In this document: positions 52,085-63,010 of the stretch, piece by piece
Layout: each line of letters starts with the position of its first letter
Numbering within the stretch: the first letter of the stretch is position 1
NCBI RefSeq assembly: GCF_006345805.1
Contig: NC_043000.1
Coordinates: 124,558,001 to 124,622,000, forward strand
Direction: 5' to 3'
DNA: 64,000 nucleotides
Origin: Octopus sinensis
Taxonomy: Eukaryota
Notes under the pieces: generated by a model
What the model was told of the DNA's origin: nothing
Database searches by the model: none
The model's input: the letters and a program-made list of their open reading frames with translations, nothing else
Program-made: the position numbers and the translations under genes

Positions 52085-52790
52085 TATTAATTTGGCAATG
52101 AAGGTGGGAAGCTGACAGGATCGTTAGCATGCTGGGCAAATGCTCAGCAGTATTTTGCTTGCATTTAGGTTCTGAGTTCAAATTCTGCCGAGGTCAACTT
52201 TGCCTATTGCCTTTTAATGGTCAGTAAAATAAATATCAGTTGAACACTAGGGTCGATGTAATTGAGTTACCCCTTACCTCAAAATTGCTGGCCTTGTACC
52301 AAAATTTGAAACCAATATTCTTTTCTTCTCTAGGTACAAGGCCCAAAATTTTTTGGGGGAAGGGGGGGGCAGTCGATTAGATTGATCTCAGTATGCAACT
52401 GGTACTTAATTTGTCGACCCCGAAAGGATGAAAGGCAAAGTTGGCCTCGGTGGAATTTGAACTCGGAACATAAAGACAGATGAAATACCGCTGAGCATTT
52501 TGCCTGGCATGCTAATGATTCTACCAGCTCACCGCCTTATATTATTATTATTATATTATTATTATTATTATTATTACTCTTTTCTACTCTAGGCACAAGG
52601 CCAGAAATTTTGGGGGAGAAGGCCAGTCGATTAGATCGAGCCCAGTACACAACTGGTACTTAATTTATCAACTTTGAAAAGATAAAAGGCAAAGCTGACC
52701 TCGGCAGAATTTGAACTCAGAACATAAAGATAGACGAAATACTGCTAAGCATTTCACCCAGTGTGCTAATGCTTCTGCCAGCTTATATTT
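52085..52790. mobile_element. Oppositely oriented family B SINEs (+ 52085-52310; - 52320-52537; - 52575-52790)
   Basis: Family cores on opposite strands, only ~10 nt apart. Confidence 0.85.
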
Positions 52791-52974
52791 GAAACCAATA
52801 TTAATACGTCAATCTGAGGGCATCTTTGTTTTCCAGCATTCCATGGTCTGTAAAATAAAGTACCATTTAAAGTAGCATTCCATGGTCTGTAAAATAAAGT
52901 ACCTAAAATTTATGATCTTGTGCCACTGTTAGAAATCAGTATTAATTTATTATTCCACTCCACCTCATGAAAAT

Positions 52975-53011
52975 TCAGGTCAGAGACAGTACCTCCATAT
53001 TGCCATTTGAT
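52975..53011 (-). CDS. Candidate exon (SNGNMEVLSLT*); internal donor at 52993 possible
   Basis: Strong acceptor tttctgtttttgcag; 133-nt GT-AG intron; phase 2 matches the upstream exon. Confidence 0.5.
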
Positions 53012-53144
53012 CTGCAAAAAACAGAAACTAGTCCTCTTTCAAATTACACCCTACCACCTTTAGAATGAAAGAGCCTAGATATACTATGCTAGAAAATAAA
53101 ATGAGAGGAAGATTATGACTGGAACATCTTTGGTCAAAGCTGAC

Positions 53145-53297
53145 CTGGGTGTTAAAGGTAAACACTTGTTTGGTTTAATACTACCATCTGGTCTTTGAGA
53201 GCCTTTTTCAGAGACCATTCTATTGTAAATATCAAGACATGACTTTTGATCTGAAGATAACTTCATCCCTTCTTTCCTTCCTCTAGTCATGGAGACC
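53145..53297 (-). CDS. Candidate 153-nt exon (VSMTRGRKEGMKLSSDQKSCLDIYNRMVSEKGSQRPDGSIKPNKCLPLTP)
   Basis: ttttacag acceptor, cag|gtcagc donor, within ORF 53084-53311, phase 2 to 2. Confidence 0.55.
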
Positions 53298-53939
53298 CTG
53301 TAAAAGGCCATAGATACTGCTGTTGCTGCTTCTCCCCCACGTCCCTCCCCACCGTCTTCATAATTAAAAACAACATTTCAGTCTTTGACTGAGTCTTGTA
53401 TAAGTTATCAGAAACAAGGAAGCGATGAAGATTTAAATATTCCTTATTGCAACAGTAATTTGGTTTCCTTAGTTCCCAGTATAAACTATCCTGGAGTTAA
53501 ATATTTCTTTTCTTCAACAATTCACCTTATATCCTAGTTATTGATTGTTACTAATAAGCCACATACTAATTAGTTACACAGTAGAACAACATGCATCTTT
53601 CTGAGTTCAGTACCATTGGCATGACAAAAGACTATTGCATTTCATTTCCCATTCCTCCAAAATATAGGTCCTTTTCACCTAGTTAAAAAGAAACCAATAT
53701 TTAGACATTATGAATGGAAATTTTTAACGGAAGATTGGTAAATTTATTCATCAAAATAATGGTTTTTAGAATGTCAGGCTGGTCTTCTAAAGATTGGTAA
53801 TTAGTTAGTTTAGTTTCAGTAAAAAGTGAGCAAAAAAAAAAAAAAAACGAAATGATAAGCGTAATTAATATATAAATTCTTTTCCAAAACGATTGTGACT
53901 GAATTAGTAATTTCCTGTCTTTCTCTTTCCGATATTTAC

Positions 53940-53977
53940 AGACTGCTTCCTCTGAATTTCTGAAGAACTTCACTGTT
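53940..53977 (-). CDS. Candidate 38-nt exon (NSEVLQKFRGSS + 2 nt)
   Basis: tgtttcag acceptor, ct|gtaaat donor; phase 0 to 2 links the 58466 and 53297 exons. Confidence 0.42.
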
Positions 53978-54849
53978 CTGAAACATTAGATTTCTATTCC
54001 CCTCTTGACACATTAACATTATGCATTTAAAAATTTTATTAGGCTAATTTCTCCCTAGAATTCTAGTTTTTAACTTTGTATTTTTTCAGATGTTTATTGA
54101 AAAAAGTATTCTTGTGATACTTTTATAAATGCTTAATATTTTCTGTTTTATCTGTTCTCCAGTCTCAAGTCATTGGATATAAAGATATTGATTTTAATTC
54201 TACTTCAATTTACTCATTAAACTGTGGCTTAGTTGGTGAGACAGAAATGTGAAAATAAAAAAAAAACAACCTTTCTCTTGCATAACTAATTTGGTCTTTT
54301 AATAGTCTTAAAAATGTATATTTATAAAGATAGTAATTGAACAAAAAAAAAAAAAACAGTAAATAAAAAGTAATTGGATAGGAGAGAGAGAATGATCTCT
54401 ATATGTGTCATTTAAAAAGTCTAAATAAATTAAGTGATGAATGAAAAAAATTATCTTTTTAAAAATAAAAAGTAGACAGAATTACAAAATCACAAGTTAG
54501 TAAAATGTGCATGCTATCATATAGAGAAGATTTATTACCATTCTAAAGAAATATGAACTAATTGAAATTGAGACTAGATTGAATTAAAAGACTAAAATAT
54601 ATAATGACAGGCTCTAAATTAGAGGTTTTAAATCATGATATTTCAGGGTTGTATAATTGTACTTTTGATATGCTTGGATGGCTGAAAAATGGATTTTATT
54701 GATATAACTAAATTAACAAAAATTTTAAAGACAATCATATTTTCTTTTGTCAGGCATCACTGTGTGGTTAAAAAGCTTGCTCTGCAACCACATGGTTTCA
54801 GGTTCAGTTCCATTACAAGGCACCTCGGGCATGTGTTTTTTAAGACAAG

Positions 54850-54924
54850 CAATCTTTGAGAGGGGAGGGGACATTGGCAGAGGTGAATGGCTAGAGTGTG
54901 TAGGGAAATTGTGCGGATGCCTGT

Positions 54925-54963
<39 letters not shown>

Positions 54964-55190
54964 GTCAAAATGTGACCTTGTGTGTATCGTTGGCGATTTT
55001 TTTTTCTGTCTTCCCTTCCTTGGATCTTTCCTTTTCCTATGTTTCTGACGAAGAGCTCTGCTCAAAACGTTAAATCCCCCTTCTTTCTTTCCTTTCCTGA
55101 GCGTCCAATAACACTATACTTGTTCCATGTCCTTGCGTTCTTGTGTTTTCTCTTTGTGTTTTCATGTTTGGATTAACTATATCCTTAAAT
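54850..55190 (+). mobile_element. Penelope-like terminal-repeat fragment
   Basis: Contains a hammerhead core; a related, deleted copy lies in reverse at ~14810-14990 next to the Penelope ORF arms. Confidence 0.55.
55041..55075 (+). ncRNA. Minimal type-I hammerhead, GAAA box mutated
   Basis: gttt-CTGACGA-a-GAGCtctGCTC-aAAAC-GTT-aaat; palindromic AACGTT helix III. Confidence 0.6.
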
Positions 55191-56084
55191 CCTTAAAAAT
55201 GTTTTAGCCCGAAGGCCGCGGCCATGCTAGGGCACCACCACTGATATATATATATATATAAAAGAAATAATTAAGATTCAGTTGAATTAGATACTTAAGT
55301 TGAAGCACCAAGTCAGTGCAGTATTATCTGTAGTCTTACAGAGATAGTCGATACGGGTGTGAGCTGTGCTCTATGGAAAGTTATGAAATTTTTTAGTATA
55401 GGAACAAGACAACCTGGTTAATAATAGATTTGACCTAAGGGTACCATGCATACATAGGGTCACCCGTACATTTCAATATTTTTGAAATTAGCGTTTATAG
55501 GTGCTGCACTTGAACCTGGATAGAGGAAATTAATTTTTAGTGCCATATATGATGTGAACTTACCCCCTAGAATTATATATAATAAGTTATATATATTTTC
55601 TTACTATTCTCTATAATTTCTTATTATTGTGTTTTCTTATTTTGATACCTTTACCTATTAACCTCTTATCTCTTATAAGTTATTAACGTCCTTATAGAAA
55701 AATATAAACTTTCTAGTTATTTAAGTCTAGAGGAGTTGATTATAAAATACCCATAATAAAGTACAAATATTTGTGTATATTTGCATGTGTGCACATAATT
55801 AAATATGTGTATGTATCTGTGCACAACTTATTTTTCTGATTTGTTTCTTTTGATTCTTAGCTTATAATTAATATAAAGATAGCATGGTTTATCGCCCCAG
55901 TATTCCATAAGTAAATACCCAGAGCATTCTTTATAGAAACCACCTTATAAGTAAATAATTAATTACAGGAATGAATATTAAACTAATTCTATGTATTAGA
56001 AAATTACTATTTGTAAATTTCACAACAAGAGATATTCAGCAACAGTACTTTACTCCAAAGTACTATTGCTGAATATCTCTTCTT

Positions 56085-56277
56085 CTCCTCCTCCTCCTTC
56101 TTCTTCTTCTTCTTCTTCTTCTTCTTCTTCTTCTTCTTCTTCTTCTTCTTCTTCTTCTTCTTCTTCTTCTTCTTCTTCTTCTTCTTCTTCTTCTTCTTCT
56201 TCTTCTTCTTCTTCTTCTTCTTCTTCTTCTCTTCCTCCTTCTTCTTCTTCTTCTTCTTCTTCTTCTTCTTCTTCTTC
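56085..56277. repeat. (TTC)n, about 60 units
   Basis: Direct reading. Confidence 0.97.
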
Positions 56278-56441
56278 AGGTCACTGCTTGGAATCAAACG
56301 CGGAATCTTGGGGTTAGTAGCCAGCGCTCTTAACTACTATGCTACTATGCCCACGGGCATATGGCATAGTGGATAAGAGCGCAGGCTACTAACCCCAAGA
56401 TTCCAAGTTCGATTCCAAACAGTAACCTGAACAATAATAAT

Positions 56442-56497
<56 letters not shown>

Positions 56498-56700
56498 TCA
56501 TAATAATAATAATAACAATCATAATAATAATAATAACAACAACATCGAAAAATACCTTAGAAATGAGAACCCAGGTTCGAAATTTCCCAAGACACCTGAT
56601 GAAGGCTGGAGGGTATATCAGCTGAAATGTTATGTTAACAATAAGCAAGATGAGGACAAATATTTGTCAAATGTAAATAATGTAAATAATGTAAATAAAG
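56275..56700 (+). mobile_element. Chimeric element: inverted-duplicated tRNA-like head + (AAT)n + hammerhead-containing tail + (TGTAAATAA)n
   Basis: A-box TGGCATAGTGG, B-box AGTTCGATTCC at 56362-56416; mirror arm 56275-56352; core CTGATGA at 56596. Confidence 0.7.
56591..56636 (+). ncRNA. Decayed minimal type-I hammerhead
   Basis: gacac-CTGATGA-a-GGCTG-gagggtatat-CAGCt-GAAAt-GTT-atgtt; the departures from a pairing consensus are transition changes. Confidence 0.55.
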
Positions 56701-56737
56701 TAATATTCTAATTTATAGATCAGTGACTAGTTGTCAC

Positions 56738-56803
56738 TTTGAAAACTATATATTTTGAACGGGAATTTAGCAGTGCCACCGCTAGCTGAACAATTATTCT
56801 GTG
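56738..56803 (-). CDS. Weak candidate 66-nt exon (HRIIVQLAVALLNSRSKYIVFK)
   Basis: Strong acceptor tttctcttcatcag, weak donor aaa|gtgaca; phase 0 to 0. Confidence 0.22.
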
Positions 56804-57414
56804 CTGATGAAGAGAAATAACCCAGAAATCACAATACACAGATATTGTTCTGAGCTGAGTGGGGATGCTAGATTCCCTTGTTCGAAAATATAAGGATACA
56901 GAACATGTCATATAGCCAGCTGGAGATGATGTCTCCTGGGGCTAAATTACAGCAACATTTGTCCTAAGCCAGACTGTCGTGTTATGTTGGCAAATAATCT
57001 TTATTCTAATTCTATGTAATCTTCCCTTTCTAATCTTGAAAATTGGTATATATACACAGTTTATCTATACTGGTTAGAATATCAGTTTTAGTAATCTTAA
57101 ATTTTATCTTCATACAACATAACAATATTGTTTATATACAATCATCAATTGCACCCCATGATAATTTCCTCTGTATTAACATCATAGGTTTTATTAGAGT
57201 CTTTCCCCTTTAACTGGTGATTAACATCTTGATTTAGGGTCTTCCCCTAACCAGCCTCCTTTATAGACAATTACTTGTACATTTTCTAAAACCATGACAA
57301 TATTTATGACGATACCCAACTATAAACTGTCAACTCACTCTGTCTATCCATTCTAAACAGACACTGTCCTCTTGCCTTAGACTTGGTAGTTGATAAAAAA
57401 AGATTAATAAACTA

Positions 57415-58002
57415 TAAAAGACGGGCTACAGCAAATATTCTGCTCAATACCACAGATTTGCTTGTCAGTTGTTTGACCTTAACCAGTTGAGCATGTCACT
57501 TAGTGGCTGACGACATGTGCATCTGTGATCATGAGCAGAAGTAGTAGGGGTGCATCATAACTGTGTTGAGAGGGATTCTTTGGGGTTTGAATAATCCACA
57601 TCCATCCATCCATCCATCCATCCATCCATCCATCCATCCATCCATCCATCCATCAATCCATCCATCCATCCATCCATCATCCATCCATCCATCATCATCC
57701 ATCATCCATCCATCCATCCATCCATCCATCCATCCATCCATCCATCCCCATCCATCATCCATCCATCCATCCATCCATCCATCCATCCATCCATCCATCC
57801 ATCCAGCCATCCATCATCCATCCATCCATCATCCATCCATCCCCTCCATCCATCCATCCATCCATCCATCCATCCATCCATCCTCCATCCTCCATCATCC
57901 ATCCATCCATCCATCCATCCATCCATCCATCCATCCATCCATCCATCCATCCATCACCATCTATCTATCCATTATCTATCTATCTATCTATCTATCTATT
58001 AG

Positions 58003-58033
<31 letters not shown>
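57415..58033. repeat. Family F fragment (57415-57600) followed by (TCCA)n and (TCTA)n
   Basis: Direct reading and similarity to 48160-48430. Confidence 0.88.
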
Positions 58034-58034
<1 letters not shown>

Positions 58035-58070
58035 GGCATGTAAAAGCCTCGTTCGAGGGAAATTTAAGTA

Positions 58071-58161
58071 ATACTAAGCAATAAAGGGTTTAGCAACGAA
58101 TTGCCTTACCACAGACCGAATTTAGAAATAGCAATTCGTTGCTAAACCCTTTATTGCTTAG

Positions 58162-58164
<3 letters not shown>
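58071..58164. repeat. Perfect 34-bp inverted repeat with 26-nt loop
   Basis: 58071-58104 is the exact reverse complement of 58131-58164. Confidence 0.97.
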
Positions 58165-58199
<35 letters not shown>

Positions 58200-58465
58200 A
58201 CTGTCTGTCTTTCTCTCTCTCTCTCTGCCTCTCTCTCTTTCTCTCTGCCCCCTCTCTCTCTGCCTCTGTCTGTCTGTCTTATAGTGAAAATATTGCAAAA
58301 GCTGTAAATGGTATATATTAAATGTAACATCTGAATTATTTCAATAATACAAAATGTCCAAACTGTGAAAATAATTCCCTGTATATAACTATAATGTTAG
58401 CTATTATAATATACAGACAAGAAGATAACACAAAAACCATAATTTTTCAGACTCTTAAGCCTCAC

Positions 58466-58591
58466 TTTACTGTGTATGCTTAAAGTATTAAACATTCCTT
58501 TCTGATTGTTGTCATATTCAGTAGATGTGAAGTGTCCTACTAGATGAGAACTTTTTATTTTGGGACTGGGTACATATTCAGGAATAAGATA
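58466..58591 (-). CDS. Candidate 126-nt exon (YLIPEYVPSPKIKSSHLVGHFTSTEYDNNQKGMFNTLSIHSK)
   Basis: caaacag acceptor, aaa|gtgagg donor, open frame, phase 0 to 0. Confidence 0.5.
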
Positions 58592-58779
58592 CTGTTTGAC
58601 ATTTAAAGATCAACCAATGTAAGTGGTAAATAAATATAAATATTCTAGCAGGTATGGGTGAGGGATTAAGAAGTTTGTTATCTAACAATATGATTATGAG
58701 TTCATAATTGGGCGTCTTCTATTATAACCCCAGGCTGACCAAACTCTTAGTGGATTTGGTGAAACTGAAAAATTCCATT

Positions 58780-58853
<74 letters not shown>

Positions 58854-58854
58854 A

Positions 58855-58885
<31 letters not shown>

Positions 58886-58980
58886 TAGTAAGTGGGAACT
58901 AGTATAGAAAAGCTCAGTGTAGAAAACATGTAGTAGTGCTCAAATGAATTTGAACTTAAACTTCAAATTCTTCATCTCAG

Positions 58981-59022
<42 letters not shown>

Positions 59023-59200
59023 GTGTGTGTGTGTATGTGTGAATGTGTGTGTGTGTGTATGTGGCACAGAGTTACCTCACGCAATATTATCACCCCCCCC
59101 CCCGTCGAGGGGATTTTGTCTTGTAAATTGCTTGATGACCCTGCTGGTGCTGGTGCCTTGAAATAAGTGCTGAGTACTATGTAAAGTGTAATGTTATCAC

Positions 59201-59278
59201 CAGTTCAAATATGCTTGTGACATGTTCAAGCTCATAAGAAAGCCATTCTCTGTGTTTTGTCATGGAGAAAATTTCTTG
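59201..59278 (-). CDS. Candidate 78-nt exon (QEIFSMTKHREWLSYELEHVTSIFEL)
   Basis: gtgcctttag acceptor, weak donor ctg|gtgata; phase 0 to 0. Confidence 0.42.
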
Positions 59279-59406
59279 CTAAAGGCACATGGCATAAATC
59301 AGCTTGCAGCACCACCTATCCAAACTGTGAGGTGCTAGCATTTCAGAGTGGTTATCTCCTCTTCAGTCACAGAAGGTATATTTACACCATTTGTCTATCT
59401 GACTGA

Positions 59407-59456
<50 letters not shown>

Positions 59457-60094
59457 GTCTATCTGTCTATCTGTTTGTCTGTCTGTCTATCTGTCTGTCT
59501 GTCTGTCTATCTGTCTGTCTGTCTATATATCTATCTATCTGTCTGTCTGTCTGTCAATCTATCTAACTATCTATCTAACTATCTGTTTGTCTATCTGTCT
59601 ATCTGCCTGTCTGTCTGCCTATCTATCTATCTTTCTATCTATCTCTCTGTCTATCTATATGTAGACAGATATATGCATGTGTGCATGTGTATGTGTGTTT
59701 GTGTGTTTATGTTTGTTTGTATGTATGTATGTTTGCATGTGTGTGTGTGTGTATGTGTGTTTGTGCATTTGTGTGACTTTGTTTTTCCTTCATCTACATG
59801 TATGTTCACTCATTGATTATAAACAATAGTTTCACTAAAGTTTTTGCTTGCGGGTTACTGGAAATACATCTCCAGCCTTCTTGACATGTCTTCACATGTT
59901 GCATGATCTTTATAAACAAAAGGCCTGACTGCACAGTGTCACTTATTTTAAGTCCTCCAGGTAAACATGTCCAAGCTGTTTAATGTTTGATAAGCTGGGA
60001 GATTACTAACCTACCCGGAAAGAAGTTGGGTTAGTGGCAGGATGGGCATCTGACTGTAGAAAACTTTGTTCCAGCAAACACTTCTCTGATCCAT

Positions 60095-60512
60095 ACCTAT
60101 TTCTTTACTACTCACAAGGGGCTAAACATAGAGTGGACAAACAAGGACAGACAAAGGGATTGAGTCTATTACATCGACCCCAGTGTGTAACTGGTACTTA
60201 ATTTATTGACCCTGAAAGGACAAAAAGCAAAGTCAACCTTGGCGGAATTTGAACTCACAATGTAACGGACAGATGAAATACCTATTTCTTTACTACCCAC
60301 AAGGGGCCAAGAACAGAGGATACAAACAAGGACAGACAAACGGATTAAGTCGATTACATCGAACCCAGTGCGTAACTGGTACCTATTTAATTGACCCCGA
60401 AAGGATGAAAGGCAAAGTTGACATAAGCGGAATTAGAACTCACAACATAACCGCAGACGAAATACCGCTAAGCATATCGCCCGGCATGCTAACGTTTCTG
60501 CCAGCTCGCCGC
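60095..60512 (-). mobile_element. Tandem family B SINE pair
   Basis: Two successive cores. Confidence 0.87.
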
Positions 60513-60575
60513 TTTCTCTGATCCATACCAGTATAGAAAAATTGATGTTAAAATGATAATGCAGCTGCTACTGCT

Positions 60576-60606
<31 letters not shown>

Positions 60607-60711
60607 ATAGAATATTACTAAAAAGTCACGAACACATTTAAAGTTTCAGATCAATATTATTGACATTATGCCTTTCAGATCAATTTAATCGACAAGTTCA
60701 GAACTGTTCAC

Positions 60712-60778
60712 CATACAGCTTACAGTTCCATCAACATATTTGTCATATATTTTAAATAAACAAACCAACATCTTGCTG
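60712..60778 (-). CDS. Weak candidate exon (SKMLVCLFKIYDKYVDGTVSCM), EF-hand-like
   Basis: Donors at 60724 (gtaagc) or 60712 (gtgaac); acceptor is purine-rich and poor. Confidence 0.28.
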
Positions 60779-61349
60779 GCTATTACTCTTCCGGTAAGAA
60801 TAGCCAGCCTGGCTGTGTGGTAGAGAAGCTTGCTTCTAAACGATGTTGTTTCAAGTTCAATCTCACTGCATGGCATCTTGTACAAGTGTCTTCAATTATA
60901 GTCCTGGACCAATCAAAGCCTTGTGAGTGGATTTTGCTGATGGAAACTGAAAGAAGCCCATCATATTTCTGCAGTGGGTGGTAGGTGGGTGTGTCGTGTG
61001 CTTGAGCAAGAAAGAAACTTTATTTCACATTGCCCCAGTCCATTCAGCTGGCAATAATGAGTTGTACCTGTAATTCAAAGGGGTCAGCCTTGTCATATTC
61101 TGTGTCACCGCTGAATCTCCTTGAGAACTACATTAAAGGTATGTGTGTCTGTGGATTGTTCAGCCTCTTGCGCATTAATTTCAGGAGTAGGGTATTCCAT
61201 TAATTGGGTCTACTGGAACTCTTGTCGTAACCAACAGAATACCTGTTTTCAGTATATATATATATATATATACACACAGCATCTCATAGTTCAACACCTG
61301 TCTAGGATGATGATATACTTATATATATAAGTATATCATCATCCTAGTC

Positions 61350-61695
61350 AGGTGTTGCACTATGCGATGCTGTAGTCGTCACTATGTCTTGCCATCGTCT
61401 CCTGTCTTCTACCCCATGGACAGCTGAGAAAAAGACAATCCTGTGGCTGCAATGACTTTCAGCCAAGAAGTGGTTGGTCTGCCTCTTTTATGTCTGCTGT
61501 TCACCTTGCCAGTTATGATCGTTCGCTCAAGTCCATCCCAGCGCATGACGTGGCCAAAGAACTGTAGCTACCACTTCCTGATGTTTCGCTGAAACGTCAT
61601 CTCGCAACCGAGCTTTTCTAGTACCCACTTGTTCGTCCTTCTCTCCGTCCATGACACTCTAAGGATTCTGCGGTAACACCACATTTCAAAAGCGC
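61350..61695 (-). mobile_element. RTE LINE 3' coding fragment
   Basis: AFEMWCYRRILRVSWTERRTN...LQFFGHVMR...KRGRP. Confidence 0.85.
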
Positions 61696-61771
61696 TCACA
61701 CACAAATAATCAGGAAATGGAGAAAACCTCAGATTAACAAACACATTGATTGGACCAAATTTACAGCTTAC

Positions 61772-61832
61772 TTTTTGATACAAAGCATGACATAACAAAT
61801 CTTATGGCCGTTTCCGCATCTGTTACCAAATG
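61772..61832 (-). CDS. Candidate 61-nt exon (HLVTDAETAIRFVMSCFVSK in the preferred frame)
   Basis: Strong acceptor ttttattttcgcaatcatttataaacag, donor aaa|gtaagc; two frames are open. Confidence 0.45.
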
Positions 61833-61880
61833 CTGTTTATAAATGATTGCGAAAATAAAAATCTTCATCTTTATAGGACA

Positions 61881-62280
61881 CTAGCAGTATCGCCCGGCGT
61901 TGCTCGGGTTTGTAAGGGAAATAACTATATAAGCATTTTTAGAGAGTTATAGCCAAAAAATAGCAAAAAAATGCATTAAAAATGGAAAAAAAAGATGATG
62001 GTAAATTTTTTAAAAAATCGTTGACTCATCATAGACATTTTTAGAAAGTTACTTCCCTTATATAATAGCGAAAAAATGCATTAAAATGGAAAAAAATGAT
62101 GGTAAATTATTTTTTAAATCGTAGACTCATTGTAGACGCGTGCTAATACCCAGAAGGGCTCGATATGAATCACGACTATAAGATACCCGCTTTTGGTTAC
62201 ACTGTACCGCAAAATGTGGGAGTAGTTAGGAATCTAAATCGTAGGAGACAGACACACAACTTGACTTTTATATATAAAGA
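61881..62280 (-). mobile_element. Complete 400-bp non-autonomous Helitron
   Basis: A|TCTTTATATATAAAAG 5' end, 3' GC hairpin + CTAG|T, inserted in an AT dinucleotide, no TSD. Confidence 0.92.
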
Positions 62281-62419
62281 TTTGAATTAAGGCATGGAGC
62301 TTCATCAGAATAAAAAACAAGAGCATCCAATATAAACAAAGGGAAGAAGGAATAGGAAAGAAAACCTGGCCTAGAAAAGAAGTCCAGAAGGCCAGAAGCT
62401 CCCTGTCTTAATTTGAATA

Positions 62420-62905
62420 TCCTATACTCTTTTACTCTTTTATTTCTTTCAGTCATTTGACTGTGGCTATGCTGGAGCAGCATGGCCACAGCACCACCAA
62501 CTGAAACATAAAAGGTTACACTTTTACTCTTTTGCTCGTTTTAGTCATTTGACTGTGGTCATGCTGGAGCGCCGCCTTTAGTCGATCAAGTAAATCGACC
62601 CCAGGACTTATTCTTTGTAAGCCTAGTACTTATTCTGTCTCTTTTTCCGAAGTGCTAAGTTACTGGGACATAAATACACCAACATCGGTTGTCAAGTGAT
62701 GTTGGGGGGACAAACGCAGACACACAAACATACACACACACATATATGACGAGCTTCTTTCAGTTTCCGTCTACCAAATCCACTCACAAAGCTTTGGTTG
62801 GCCCGAGGCTATAGTAGAAGACACTTGCCCAATGTGCCACACAGTGGGACTGAACCCAGAACCATGTAAGAAAGCTACGTACCACACAGCCACTCCTGTG
62901 CCTAT
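62420..62905 (-). mobile_element. Family A SINE with a duplicated 3' tail
   Basis: Family similarity; CAGTCATTTGACTGTGG block repeated. Confidence 0.85.
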
Positions 62906-62934
62906 GATAAACAAAATGATAAACCAAACTAAAC

Positions 62935-63010
62935 CTCAGGAGCCAGTACAATTCCTGAAAAAATCCCAGAAATCTGTGCACATGTTCCAGTAATCGGTGT
63001 ACCAATTAGT
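62935..63010 (-). CDS. Candidate 76-nt exon (LIGTPITGTCAQISGIFSGIVLAPE)
   Basis: ctgctggttacag acceptor, gag|gtttag donor; phase 2 to 0 fits the 61832 exon. Confidence 0.35.

Noticed and set aside
53941-53989. Plus-strand terminal exon (TASSEFLKNFTVLKH*)
   Set aside because: The apparent pyrimidine tract is the complement of a purine-rich stretch; the overlapping minus-strand reading fits a multi-exon chain better
62285-62320. Minus-strand CTGATGAAGCTC motif
   Set aside because: No GAAAC box follows
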